Assembly (NCBI GenBank): GCA_017384225.1
Contig: JAFNUD010000033.1
Span: 7,708 to 71,707 of the forward strand
Reading direction: 5' to 3'
DNA from: Paludibacteraceae bacterium
Lineage (GTDB): Bacteria; Bacteroidota; Bacteroidia; Bacteroidales; Paludibacteraceae
Length of the DNA: 64,000 bases
A program made the position numbers and the translations under genes. The notes below the pieces were generated by a model that was not told where the DNA came from, did not search any database, and was given only the letters and a program-made list of their open reading frames with translations. Positions 19,382 to 26,953 of this stretch are shown here, piece after piece; the first letter of the stretch is position 1, and each line of letters opens with the position of its first letter.

Positions 19382-19949
19382 TACGATGTACCTTTTGGTC
19401 GTGATGTAATGTAGGCACTTCCTCTATCAATTGAAAATCATACCCTACGCCTATCAATATGGCGTGGGGATGTTTTTTTATGAAGCGATCATAGTACCCT
19501 CCCCCTCGTCCAAGACGATGTCCTTGTTTGTCAAATGCTACTGCGGGTACAACGATTAGATCTATCTGCCCTGTAAAAGGAGAAGTAGTAGGCTCAGGAA
19601 TACCAAATTTGCCTCGATGCATTTTATCATTACCCTCATAGGGATTGGCAGTCATCTCCCTGCGGTGTGTGACAGGCAAAAGCAGGGTTTTGTCTTTGTG
19701 TCGTTTGAATAGGGGTAATACATCCACCTCGTTGTTCTTGGGATAATATAGAAGTATGCTTTTAGCATCTCGAAAACAACTCATTGCTTCCAACTGTGAC
19801 AAGATGAGTTCGGATTGCGACTTGCGTTCTTCAGGCGATAGCATACGACGTTTTTGTACGAGCAATTCGCGTATGCGTTGCTTTGCGCGATGAATTTGTC
19901 GCGCAGGCAATAGTTTGAGTAAATCTCTTATGTTGGTTTCAAAAAGCAT
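19350..19949 (-). CDS. 5-formyltetrahydrofolate cyclo-ligase
   Basis: 199 aa. Family signature ...VPAVAFDKQGHRLGRGGGYYDRF.... Canonical promoter 37 nt upstream. Confidence 0.85.
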   Translation of the reverse strand: MLFETNIRDLLKLLPARQIHRAKQRIRELLVQKRRMLSPEERKSQSELILSQLEAMSCFRDAKSILLYYPKNNEVDVLPLFKRHKDKTLLLPVTHRREMTANPYEGNDKMHRGKFGIPEPTTSPFTGQIDLIVVPAVAFDKQGHRLGRGGGYYDRFIKKHPHAILIGVGYDFQLIEEVPTLHHDQKVHRIILPSQTIQV

Positions 19950-19986
19950 AAGCGTAGTTTTTATCAGGTTTGCTGGCTTTCGACTG

Positions 19987-20017
19987 CAAAGTTACTGCTT
20001 TTTTTTAATATAGGCAA
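19987..20017 (-). promoter_or_regulatory. promoter for the 5-formyl-THF cyclo-ligase gene
   Basis: Minus strand: -33 TTGC (20017-20014), 19-nt spacer, -7 TAACTTTG (19994-19987). It lies 37 nt upstream of the ATG at 19949. Confidence 0.65.
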
Positions 20018-20105
20018 GTAATTGGTTCTTTTTTTGCAGTCTTTCTATTCTAGATAAAGTTTTCTACCCCATCTGAGATAGGAGAAAACAGAAAGAACAG
20101 TCAAA

Positions 20106-21614
20106 TCATCTTAAACATTTCTCTCCTTGTCGAATTACTATGCCGTGATAATGCTCTATATCTACGGGTTGACCTAGTAGATTGTACCATACATGATGAT
20201 TATCAGGGGCAATAGGATTGTTTAGCGATGAAGGATTGTTTGTCGTAGTAAAATCACATATAATAAGGCCATCTACCTCTTGGATATTATACAAGCCATT
20301 ATGCGTAAAAGGAGCATATTGTGTTACATCGCTTTTACCTGGAAATGGCACTTCTGGTTTGGGTTTTGACGTGGTATAAGGAGAAGAGCGCTTTTCTGCA
20401 GAAATCAATTGATAGCGCGCTACAAAATCATTTGGACAGTTATAAAACCAATCCTCTTCATCATAGATCACGCGCCAAATCAGCAAACCGTGTCCTGGCA
20501 AATACGTATCCCACCCCTCTTGTTGGCGATTCTCAATATAATAAACGGTATCGGTACGACAAGCACCTGCGGATACATGTTGCTCGTTACGCGTAAGCAT
20601 ATAAGTGGTCACTCCATCAGCAGGAATGGTCAATGATTGCGAATGGTCTAATACAGTAGGCTCCAACCAACCTAAATAGTATTTATCATACACCGAATAA
20701 TTGGGTGGTGTATTACCATTGTTCAGATAATTGCCATATCCCATCAACGACCATGCTCCAGGCGTATAACGCTCATTAACAATAGGATTTTTAGTAGTAA
20801 GATAATAATCTGGCAAACCTAAGATATGGCTAAACTCATGGCAAATAGTACCAATACCAGTACGAGCATTCGTGTACATCTTTATTTCATTGGAGCAAGC
20901 ATAGACATTAATCATCTTACCATCAAAAGTGGGAAGATTGAAATCTGTATCCGAATTTGCATAATACTCATCCATATTGCTATAACCATAGTACAGAGCA
21001 GACACCAAGTCCCAATTATGCGGATACATCACATATGCAGGCGCGCCTTCAGACTCTGCATAGCCAGCATATATGATATATACAAAATCAACCATGCCAT
21101 TATTATCAGCATCGTACTGCGAAAAATCCACACCACGTGCTTTAGCCCCACGGCAAGCTTCTACGACAAAATCAACCACATATTGATCATTCCCCGTCAC
21201 ATCATTTTTCCCATAATACGCCATTTCTTGAGACAAGACAACAGGACCTACCACATCAAAATGCGGAGAATATAGACCATTAGACTGAGCTTCGAAATAT
21301 TTTTTACACGAACCTACAGCACCATTATAGGTATAATCAATGCCATTGAACAACGAGTCGAAAGAGTGAATTGTATTCCCCTGCGCCAAAGATTGATCTG
21401 CAAACTCTACTACGATTAGCAACCCGCGTTCTGCCAAAGGCTCATTAACCTCTCGCTGTGCCATACGCTTTGCACTATGTCCCGCTAATGTAAATGGAGC
21501 ACGAGGGTAAATTGGTTCTTTTAATCCCAATTCAGGTAATGGAGCTACTGCCAATAATGGAGTGGTAAATACTATTATTATCGCTAATGCGAAAATACGA
21601 GAAATATTTTTCAT
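20106..21614 (-). CDS. M6-family (immune inhibitor A-like) zinc metalloprotease with T9SS-type C-terminal tail
   Basis: 502 aa with a signal peptide. HExxH zinc site in ICHEFSHILGLPDYY. The C-terminus ...VWYNLLGQPVDIEHYHGIVIRQGEKCLR resembles a Por/T9SS sorting domain. Confidence 0.8.
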   Translation of the reverse strand: MKNISRIFALAIIIVFTTPLLAVAPLPELGLKEPIYPRAPFTLAGHSAKRMAQREVNEPLAERGLLIVVEFADQSLAQGNTIHSFDSLFNGIDYTYNGAVGSCKKYFEAQSNGLYSPHFDVVGPVVLSQEMAYYGKNDVTGNDQYVVDFVVEACRGAKARGVDFSQYDADNNGMVDFVYIIYAGYAESEGAPAYVMYPHNWDLVSALYYGYSNMDEYYANSDTDFNLPTFDGKMINVYACSNEIKMYTNARTGIGTICHEFSHILGLPDYYLTTKNPIVNERYTPGAWSLMGYGNYLNNGNTPPNYSVYDKYYLGWLEPTVLDHSQSLTIPADGVTTYMLTRNEQHVSAGACRTDTVYYIENRQQEGWDTYLPGHGLLIWRVIYDEEDWFYNCPNDFVARYQLISAEKRSSPYTTSKPKPEVPFPGKSDVTQYAPFTHNGLYNIQEVDGLIICDFTTTNNPSSLNNPIAPDNHHVWYNLLGQPVDIEHYHGIVIRQGEKCLR

Positions 21615-21647
21615 ATCATCAATTATTCTAAGTTTGAACTTTCGCCT

Positions 21648-21679
21648 GCAAAATTACATCTTTTTTTTCATATATGCAA
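21648..21679 (-). promoter_or_regulatory. promoter for the M6 protease gene
   Basis: Minus strand: -33 TTGC (21679-21676), 20-nt spacer, -7 TAATTTTG (21655-21648). It lies 33 nt upstream of the ATG at 21614. Confidence 0.65.
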
Positions 21680-21721
21680 CTATTGGCTTTTTTTGTTATC
21701 ATAGAAGACAAAAAAAACGCC

Positions 21722-22777
21722 TCATTGTTGAAACTGCTCTATAAATTTGGGATAAGATTTGCTAATGCACTCGGTATCGTCCACGGGGTAGCCAGCTACG
21801 AGCAACGCCATAGCCATACGATGATCGTGCTCGGTGCGATGTTCGCGGACTGCACGTAGGCGGTCGGATTCCTTTATAGTAAGTGATTCTGTGCCTGTAG
21901 CGTGGAGTGTGATACCAAGGCGTTCGCAGGTGAGTGCGACAGCGGGGTATAAATCTGGACAACTCGAAAAGTTGTAGGCGAAAGGCGATGAGGCGATGAG
22001 GCGATGAGGCGAGAGTTTAACGCCTTCAGCGGTGTAGGTGGTTTGTACGCCAAGCTGGGCGAAGATGTCAGCAACGACTTTGTCGCCCTGTAATGATTCT
22101 TTGTATAAGCCAGGCAGCTCAATCTCACTGCCATGGAGAGCAACATGCTCGTACCAGAAAGCAGCGGAAGACCAATCTTTTTCAATTATGAATTTTGAAT
22201 TATGAATTTTGAATTTGTGGGAATACTGATCTATTATTTCTCGCGTAATATCTATATAAGGAGAAGTAGAGTCGGTTTGGACATTCGCGCCAATGAGCAT
22301 TAAGGCGGAAACGAATTGCGTAGAAAGAGGATTGTCGATCCTTACTATCCTATGCTTATCCAATGCACATCCCGTAATGCGCAGAGGTAGAAACCCCTCT
22401 TCACCCAAATACTCAATCTGTGCTCCTATTTCACGCAAAGCTTCTACAAGCTGCCCTATTGGACGATGACGCATACGTTCAACTCCATCTAGTACGACTA
22501 CTTGGTTGATTCTTTGTGCTAAATAGGCAGTCAAGAATCGTGCTGCCGTACCGCAGTTGCCAATATCTAGTATTATGTCTTTGTCCCCTTGTTGCTCACA
22601 AGCTTTCAATGATTGATATAGAATTTGTACGTCGTCTGGCATAGAATCGGAGACGGGCATAAGTGCACCCCACGACGCAAGTGCCGTCGGGGCCCCCGCA
22701 GGCTCGTCTCCGTGTATAGCCTGAAGCATGAGCCAACGATTGGCTATAGACTTCGATATGGGCAGTTCAATATTCAT
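21722..22777 (-). CDS. aroA: 3-phosphoshikimate 1-carboxyvinyltransferase (EPSP synthase), unusually compact
   Basis: LPISKSIANR (LPxSKSxxNR), GNCGTAARFL, ...DKHRIVRIDNPLSTQFVSALML..., EKDWSSAAFWY, LTIKESDRL, DHRMAMA, SKSYPKF. It is only 351 aa, and it contains two short tandem-repeat tracts (see findings). Confidence 0.85.
   Translation of the reverse strand: MNIELPISKSIANRWLMLQAIHGDEPAGAPTALASWGALMPVSDSMPDDVQILYQSLKACEQQGDKDIILDIGNCGTAARFLTAYLAQRINQVVVLDGVERMRHRPIGQLVEALREIGAQIEYLGEEGFLPLRITGCALDKHRIVRIDNPLSTQFVSALMLIGANVQTDSTSPYIDITREIIDQYSHKFKIHNSKFIIEKDWSSAAFWYEHVALHGSEIELPGLYKESLQGDKVVADIFAQLGVQTTYTAEGVKLSPHRLIASSPFAYNFSSCPDLYPAVALTCERLGITLHATGTESLTIKESDRLRAVREHRTEHDHRMAMALLVAGYPVDDTECISKSYPKFIEQFQQ
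21976..22015. repeat. GC-rich octamer array (GGCGAWGA x about 5) inside aroA
   Basis: aggcgaaa ggcgatga ggcgatga ggcgatga ggcgagag on the + strand. It is translated on the minus strand as LSPHRLIASSPFA. Confidence 0.85.
22184..22216. repeat. heptamer array, GAATTWT family, inside aroA
   Basis: aattatg aattttg aattatg aattttg aattt. It is translated on the minus strand as KFKIHNSKFII. Confidence 0.85.
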
Positions 22778-22789
22778 TGAAAGTTCGCT

Positions 22790-22925
22790 CGTTATACTCG
22801 CTGTAGATCACTGCGTTGTAGATCGTTCGCTGTGCTCACTGTAGATCGCTACGCTGTAGTCTTCAGGCGAAGCCGATCTTCAGCCCGAAGGGCAATCTAT
22901 CCGCTACAGGGCACTTGCCCGATCT
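22790..22925. repeat. intergenic word-repeat module with GC hairpins (REP-like), copy 1
   Basis: CTGTAGATC-type words occur at 22801, 22816, 22839 and 22854. Hairpins cttcaggcgaag and cttcagcccgaag are present. The core tacagggcacttgcccgatct (22905-22925) is the inverted counterpart of 27967-27986. Confidence 0.7.
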
Positions 22926-22928
22926 AAA

Positions 22929-24905
22929 TTAGTTTACATCTGGCAAGAAGGAATAATCGCGCGAATAACGCAAGTGTTGCTCAATATAGCCCTCGCTGTA
23001 GTCAAGTGTAACATCCGTGATGTTGCCCTCTGCATCGTAGTGCGCGGTATAAACAGGGTTAACAAAGCCCTTATAAGGAGCCAAGTTGAGTTTCTCGTAG
23101 CGCTCCAAAATCTCCTTGTGCAAGTCTTGATCCACTTTTACTGCGTACTCCTCAACCATCGCTTTAGCGGCAGGGTAATCGCCTTCGGAAGTGATGCGTT
23201 GTACCTCACGAAGCAACTCGCCATAGAGGCGACGGATACCCTCGTAGTCATTGATTTGGAGGTAGTGCTTACCATCGCGCTCGATCATCTCCACCTCGTT
23301 GTTCTTGGCGTTCTTGAACACCCAAAGCGCAATCAACTGACGGTTACGCATGTGCGACTCCTCAATATCTTTACCTGGCTCGATACGAACGAGTTGGGTC
23401 ATAAGACCATTCATCATTTGTTGGTAGAAGAATCCTTTGTAGGTATCTTCATTTTCGAGCAATCCGAGTTCCACTAACTTAGGATCAGCCATATAGTAGA
23501 GACCGAGCAAGTCAGCACGCGCCTCCTCAATGGTAGAAGCATGCTCTTTGAGGGCGTCTTTGCTAACGCCTGGCATGAGTTTACCTGAACCGTGACCCAC
23601 GCACTCGTGAAGGTCGGTATGCAAGTCGCCGCAAGCGCCCGCTTTCTCATACATAGCTATCACCTCTGGGCTAATCATGAACTCCTCGTTGAAGCCATTG
23701 CCTTTGGCAGCTTCGTTGTAAGCGTGGGTGATATTGTCGATGGTCACAGACTTAGAACCGTAATCCTTGCGAATCCAGTTGGCGTTAGGCAAGTTGATAC
23801 CGATAGGGGTAGCAGGATAGCAGTCGCCTGCGAGGATAGCAGCGGTGATTACCTTTGCGCTTACGCCTTTCACTTCCTCTTTCTTGTATTTAAGGTCGGT
23901 TGGAGAGTTGTCCTCAAACCATTGTGCATTGTCAGAGATGGTTTGGCAACGATGGGTAGCACGCATGTCTTTGAAGTTCACGAGTGACTCCCAAGTACCT
24001 GTAATACCCAGCGGATCAGCGTATGTCTCGGTAAAACCATTTACATAGTCCACACGGCTGTCAAGGTCTTTCACCCAAGCGATGCAGTACTCGTTGAAGG
24101 CACGGAGGTCGCCCGTCTTGTTGAACTCAATCATCTTCTCGATGACAAGGTGTTGTTGCTCGTTCTCTGCAAATGGGAGCGCTTTCTCGAGATGCTCTAC
24201 CACTTTTTCGAGAGCGGCGCTATACATACCACCTACTTTGTAGGTACGCTCTACAACTTTGCCGTTCTCCTTCACAAGTTTGCTATTGAGACCTATCCAG
24301 AGTGGCTCTGCTGAAGTATCTTTATGCTTCTCGTAGTATGCTTCTGCCTCTGCTTGGGTGACGCCTTCGTAGTAGTTGTTGGCAGACGCCAAAAGGAGGT
24401 CTTCGCCCTCAAGGCTAAGGCTCTTAGGCATCACGGTTGGGTCGAAGATAACAGGTAGGATAGCCTCATCGTAGGTCACACCTGCTTCTGCGCATGCAGC
24501 CACGAACCACTCCTCAGAGAACTCAGGTTGGAACTTATCAGATGCGTAGTGGTGGTGAATGCCGTTGGCAAACCATACACGCTTGAGGTATTTCTCGAAG
24601 TTGAGGAACTCAGCGGTAGTCTTGTCGCCTTTATATTGGATATAAAGTGTCTCCAATGCGCGACGGATACGTAGGTTGTAGCGACCATTTTGGTCGAAGA
24701 GAATATCACGGCCGTGCAAGGCAGCTTCGGTAAGGTGATAAACGAGGGTCTTTTGTTGCAGACTCAGTGAGTCAAATTCTGGCACTTGGTAGCGCAGAAT
24801 CTCGAGGTCATAAAATTTGTCCACGGTGTAGTCGAATGTTTGTTCTTGTTTGCAGCATGCGCTCAAAGCGATGAGGGCAAAACTGAATAGGATTGTTTTT
24901 TTCAT
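22929..24905 (-). CDS. dipeptidyl-peptidase III-like M49 family metallopeptidase (lipoprotein)
   Basis: M49 zinc motifs HECVGHGSGK and EEARAD. Lipobox LIALSAC-C after MKKTILFSFA. The track start at 24926 is a TTG only 11 nt from the -7 box, so I prefer the ATG at 24905. Confidence 0.85.
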   Translation of the reverse strand: MKKTILFSFALIALSACCKQEQTFDYTVDKFYDLEILRYQVPEFDSLSLQQKTLVYHLTEAALHGRDILFDQNGRYNLRIRRALETLYIQYKGDKTTAEFLNFEKYLKRVWFANGIHHHYASDKFQPEFSEEWFVAACAEAGVTYDEAILPVIFDPTVMPKSLSLEGEDLLLASANNYYEGVTQAEAEAYYEKHKDTSAEPLWIGLNSKLVKENGKVVERTYKVGGMYSAALEKVVEHLEKALPFAENEQQHLVIEKMIEFNKTGDLRAFNEYCIAWVKDLDSRVDYVNGFTETYADPLGITGTWESLVNFKDMRATHRCQTISDNAQWFEDNSPTDLKYKKEEVKGVSAKVITAAILAGDCYPATPIGINLPNANWIRKDYGSKSVTIDNITHAYNEAAKGNGFNEEFMISPEVIAMYEKAGACGDLHTDLHECVGHGSGKLMPGVSKDALKEHASTIEEARADLLGLYYMADPKLVELGLLENEDTYKGFFYQQMMNGLMTQLVRIEPGKDIEESHMRNRQLIALWVFKNAKNNEVEMIERDGKHYLQINDYEGIRRLYGELLREVQRITSEGDYPAAKAMVEEYAVKVDQDLHKEILERYEKLNLAPYKGFVNPVYTAHYDAEGNITDVTLDYSEGYIEQHLRYSRDYSFLPDVN

Positions 24906-24937
24906 ATGATTTGAATTTGTTATCAATTATATCGCTG

Positions 24938-24968
24938 CAAAGGTAGTGATTTTTTTTGAAATATGCAA
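24938..24968 (-). promoter_or_regulatory. promoter for the M49 peptidase gene
   Basis: Minus strand: -33 TTGC (24968-24965), 19-nt spacer, -7 TACCTTTG (24945-24938). It lies 32 nt upstream of the ATG at 24905. Confidence 0.7.
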
Positions 24969-25301
24969 GTTTTTATTTGAATTGACTTTAGATTTCCAAA
25001 AACCTCTATATACTATAGGAGTGCTGAAGACTCAGCGTTTTGGTGTTTTTGTACATGGAACTTCTATCGGCTTTCAGTGGCGAAATTTCGCTCCACAGAA
25101 AATAGCTCCAATAATTTCGAGGCACTACTATGGAGACGATACACTCCTTGACCTCTTTATGCGAGTTTCCTTTGTCCCCTATCGAAGAGGACAAAGGAAA
25201 TTTCAGTTGCTACTCAATTTGATTTTGTCACGGCAAAGCCGCGAACAAAATCGAATAATCGTTCGAACGAATGTGAGATAAGAAGAATGTGCTATGCTTA
25301 C

Positions 25302-25338
25302 AAATTTTGCTGAACGCTAAAAGCGTTTTGCAAAATTT
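25302..25338 (-). terminator. compound hairpin at the 3' end of the FISUMP-like gene
   Basis: Outer stem aaattttgc / gcaaaattt (25302-25310 / 25330-25338). Inner stem aacgct / agcgtt (25313-25318 / 25322-25327). It abuts the stop codon at 25338-25340. There is no long U-tract. Confidence 0.45.
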
Positions 25339-26285
25339 TATAGATCCTTAACAAGACGGACGGAATAACCGACGTAGCGAAGGCGGTTGCCCATGAGCGC
25401 TACTGCCGAGTTGAAGTAGAGGCAGTACGCGTAGGTGCTATAGAACTCAGTGGTCGACCAATAGTAGCCGTAGGTGTGCACATAGTCCACAGTGGAGCCG
25501 TAGCGGATGCCAGAGGCAGGCAGGAACACAGCACCTGCGGTTTCGAGCTTTGACCACTGCTCAACAGTAAAGGTTTGATAAGCAGCATAATAATCAACAC
25601 CTTTGTTACTATGGAAACCTGACTTAAAGGTAACATCCGCTGGACATGTCCAATTATCAGGCAACAAAATCAAACCATTTACACCATTCACCTGAGCAAC
25701 ACCATTGAGAGAACTTGCGTTGGTACGAGTATTGAGAAGATAATTCCACTCATCCTTAGTCAATGTACGCCATGTATTAGGAGCATCTGCACCAATCTTA
25801 TTCCTACCCCAATCTACAAAAGAACCTAAGTAATCAAGCTCATCAATAGAAGTACTTACACCGAAATTAGTAGCATTTGTACTCCAACCAAACAAATCAA
25901 CCTTATCAGCCAACGCAGTACCTTCTTTGCTATCGCCATCAGTTGGGTCGGGAGATACGCTACCACCTGTCACATTGTCAGTACCAATCATTTCCCACTG
26001 AGCACTCGCAAAAGACCATGTGTTGGTGGATTGGGTGTATTGCAAATTGCCCTTTGAGAAGGTCACTTTCTTATCTGCGGAAACGGAGAACACACCAATA
26101 CCTGCAGAGGGATTTGTTGGCTCCTCAGGTTCAGTTGGTGTATCTGGTTCCTCTGGCTCCCCTGGAGCCACCATACTAATACTATCTACCTTAATGACAT
26201 TGCCATCACTACAATAAATATAAAACTGTGCGGAAGCACTAATTGTCATCATTAAGGCGATGACTGCCATAAAAAACTTTTTCAT
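25338..26285 (-). CDS. secreted protein with FISUMP-like (Fibrobacter succinogenes major paralogous) C-terminal domain
   Basis: 315 aa. Signal peptide ...TISASA|Q and a Pro/Glu linker PEEPDTPTEPEEPTNP. C-terminal ...WRTLTKDEWNYL...VFLPASGIRYGS...GYYWSTTE...AYCLYFNS...GYSVRLVKDL matches the FISUMP pattern as I remember it. Confidence 0.6.
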   Translation of the reverse strand: MKKFFMAVIALMMTISASAQFYIYCSDGNVIKVDSISMVAPGEPEEPDTPTEPEEPTNPSAGIGVFSVSADKKVTFSKGNLQYTQSTNTWSFASAQWEMIGTDNVTGGSVSPDPTDGDSKEGTALADKVDLFGWSTNATNFGVSTSIDELDYLGSFVDWGRNKIGADAPNTWRTLTKDEWNYLLNTRTNASSLNGVAQVNGVNGLILLPDNWTCPADVTFKSGFHSNKGVDYYAAYQTFTVEQWSKLETAGAVFLPASGIRYGSTVDYVHTYGYYWSTTEFYSTYAYCLYFNSAVALMGNRLRYVGYSVRLVKDL

Positions 26286-26310
26286 ATTGCTGTGTTTAAT
26301 TGTTTAAAAA

Positions 26311-26338
26311 GTTCTAAAGGTTCTAAGAGTTCTAAAGG
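26311..26338. repeat. 9-mer tandem repeat x3 (GTTCTAARG)
   Basis: gttctaaag gttctaaga gttctaaag g. It overlaps the stop codon (26332-26334) and the last three sense codons of the 131-aa ORF. Confidence 0.85.
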
Positions 26339-26727
26339 ATATTTCCAAGTACATCGTACCAAACTTGTTTGCCATCAGGCATGGTGGCACGAATAAATAG
26401 TTTGCCATTGAGTAACACTTTATCGGAAGTGGCTTGCTCAAGCGTTTGCACCTCTTCCAATGCGGTAATCTCATTAGGATTTACCATGGCAAACGTGATA
26501 CTACGCACCCCCATTAAATTAGACTCGGGAACATTCACTGCAAGTGCACCTTTACGGCATAACACACCAAAGTCTGTCACCGCAGTGTAGTCCAATTGCA
26601 CCACCTGCTGGCTGCCATCTGCCATTTGTACCACCATAGCAGGTACAAGTTCGGCATCTTGAGCAAGAATAGGCACACCCACACTACATAAAAACAGACT
26701 TAGTAGAAATAAGGATACTCTTTTCAT
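26332..26727 (-). CDS. small secreted hypothetical protein with T9SS-like tail
   Basis: 131 aa. Signal peptide ...VGVPILA|Q. C-terminus KVLLNGKLFIRATMPDGKQVWYDVLGNIL resembles a Por secretion tail. Own canonical promoter. The stop codon lies inside a 9-mer tandem repeat. Confidence 0.55.
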   Translation of the reverse strand: MKRVSLFLLSLFLCSVGVPILAQDAELVPAMVVQMADGSQQVVQLDYTAVTDFGVLCRKGALAVNVPESNLMGVRSITFAMVNPNEITALEEVQTLEQATSDKVLLNGKLFIRATMPDGKQVWYDVLGNIL

Positions 26728-26764
26728 AAGCGTAATAAGTTAAATTGTTTAATCTTTCAACTCG

Positions 26765-26795
26765 CAAAGGTACAACAAAATTTACATATGTGCAA
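26765..26795 (-). promoter_or_regulatory. promoter for the 26332-26727 / 25338-26285 gene pair
   Basis: Minus strand: -33 TTGC (26795-26792), 19-nt spacer, -7 TACCTTTG (26772-26765). It lies 37 nt upstream of the ATG at 26727. Confidence 0.7.
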
Positions 26796-26874
26796 GAAAA
26801 ATCGCATTTTAAGGCGATTTTTCTAGTGTAAAGTGTAGGGTGTAAAGGCAAGGCGGGGTACTGTGACCGCCACG

Positions 26875-26916
26875 AATAGTGCGGTTATTGTGTGGTAATA
26901 GTGCGTTAATAGTGCG
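26875..26916. repeat. three direct AATAGTGCG repeats
   Basis: Exact 9-mers at 26875-26883, 26897-26905 and 26908-26916, with start-to-start spacing of 22 and 11 nt. They lie between the upstream terminator and the 26765-26795 promoter. GTGTAAAG occurs twice nearby (26826, 26840). Confidence 0.8.
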
Positions 26917-26953
26917 GTGCGAGCGGGAAAAGTAAGAGGTGAAAAAGTAGAAT

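Noticed and set aside
24946-25281. 111-aa plus-strand ORF and 62-aa minus-strand ORF in the 25-kb non-coding gap.
   Set aside because: The first starts inside the M49 peptidase promoter. Both run through several perfect hairpins and have no motif or signal. The region is better explained as structured non-coding sequence.
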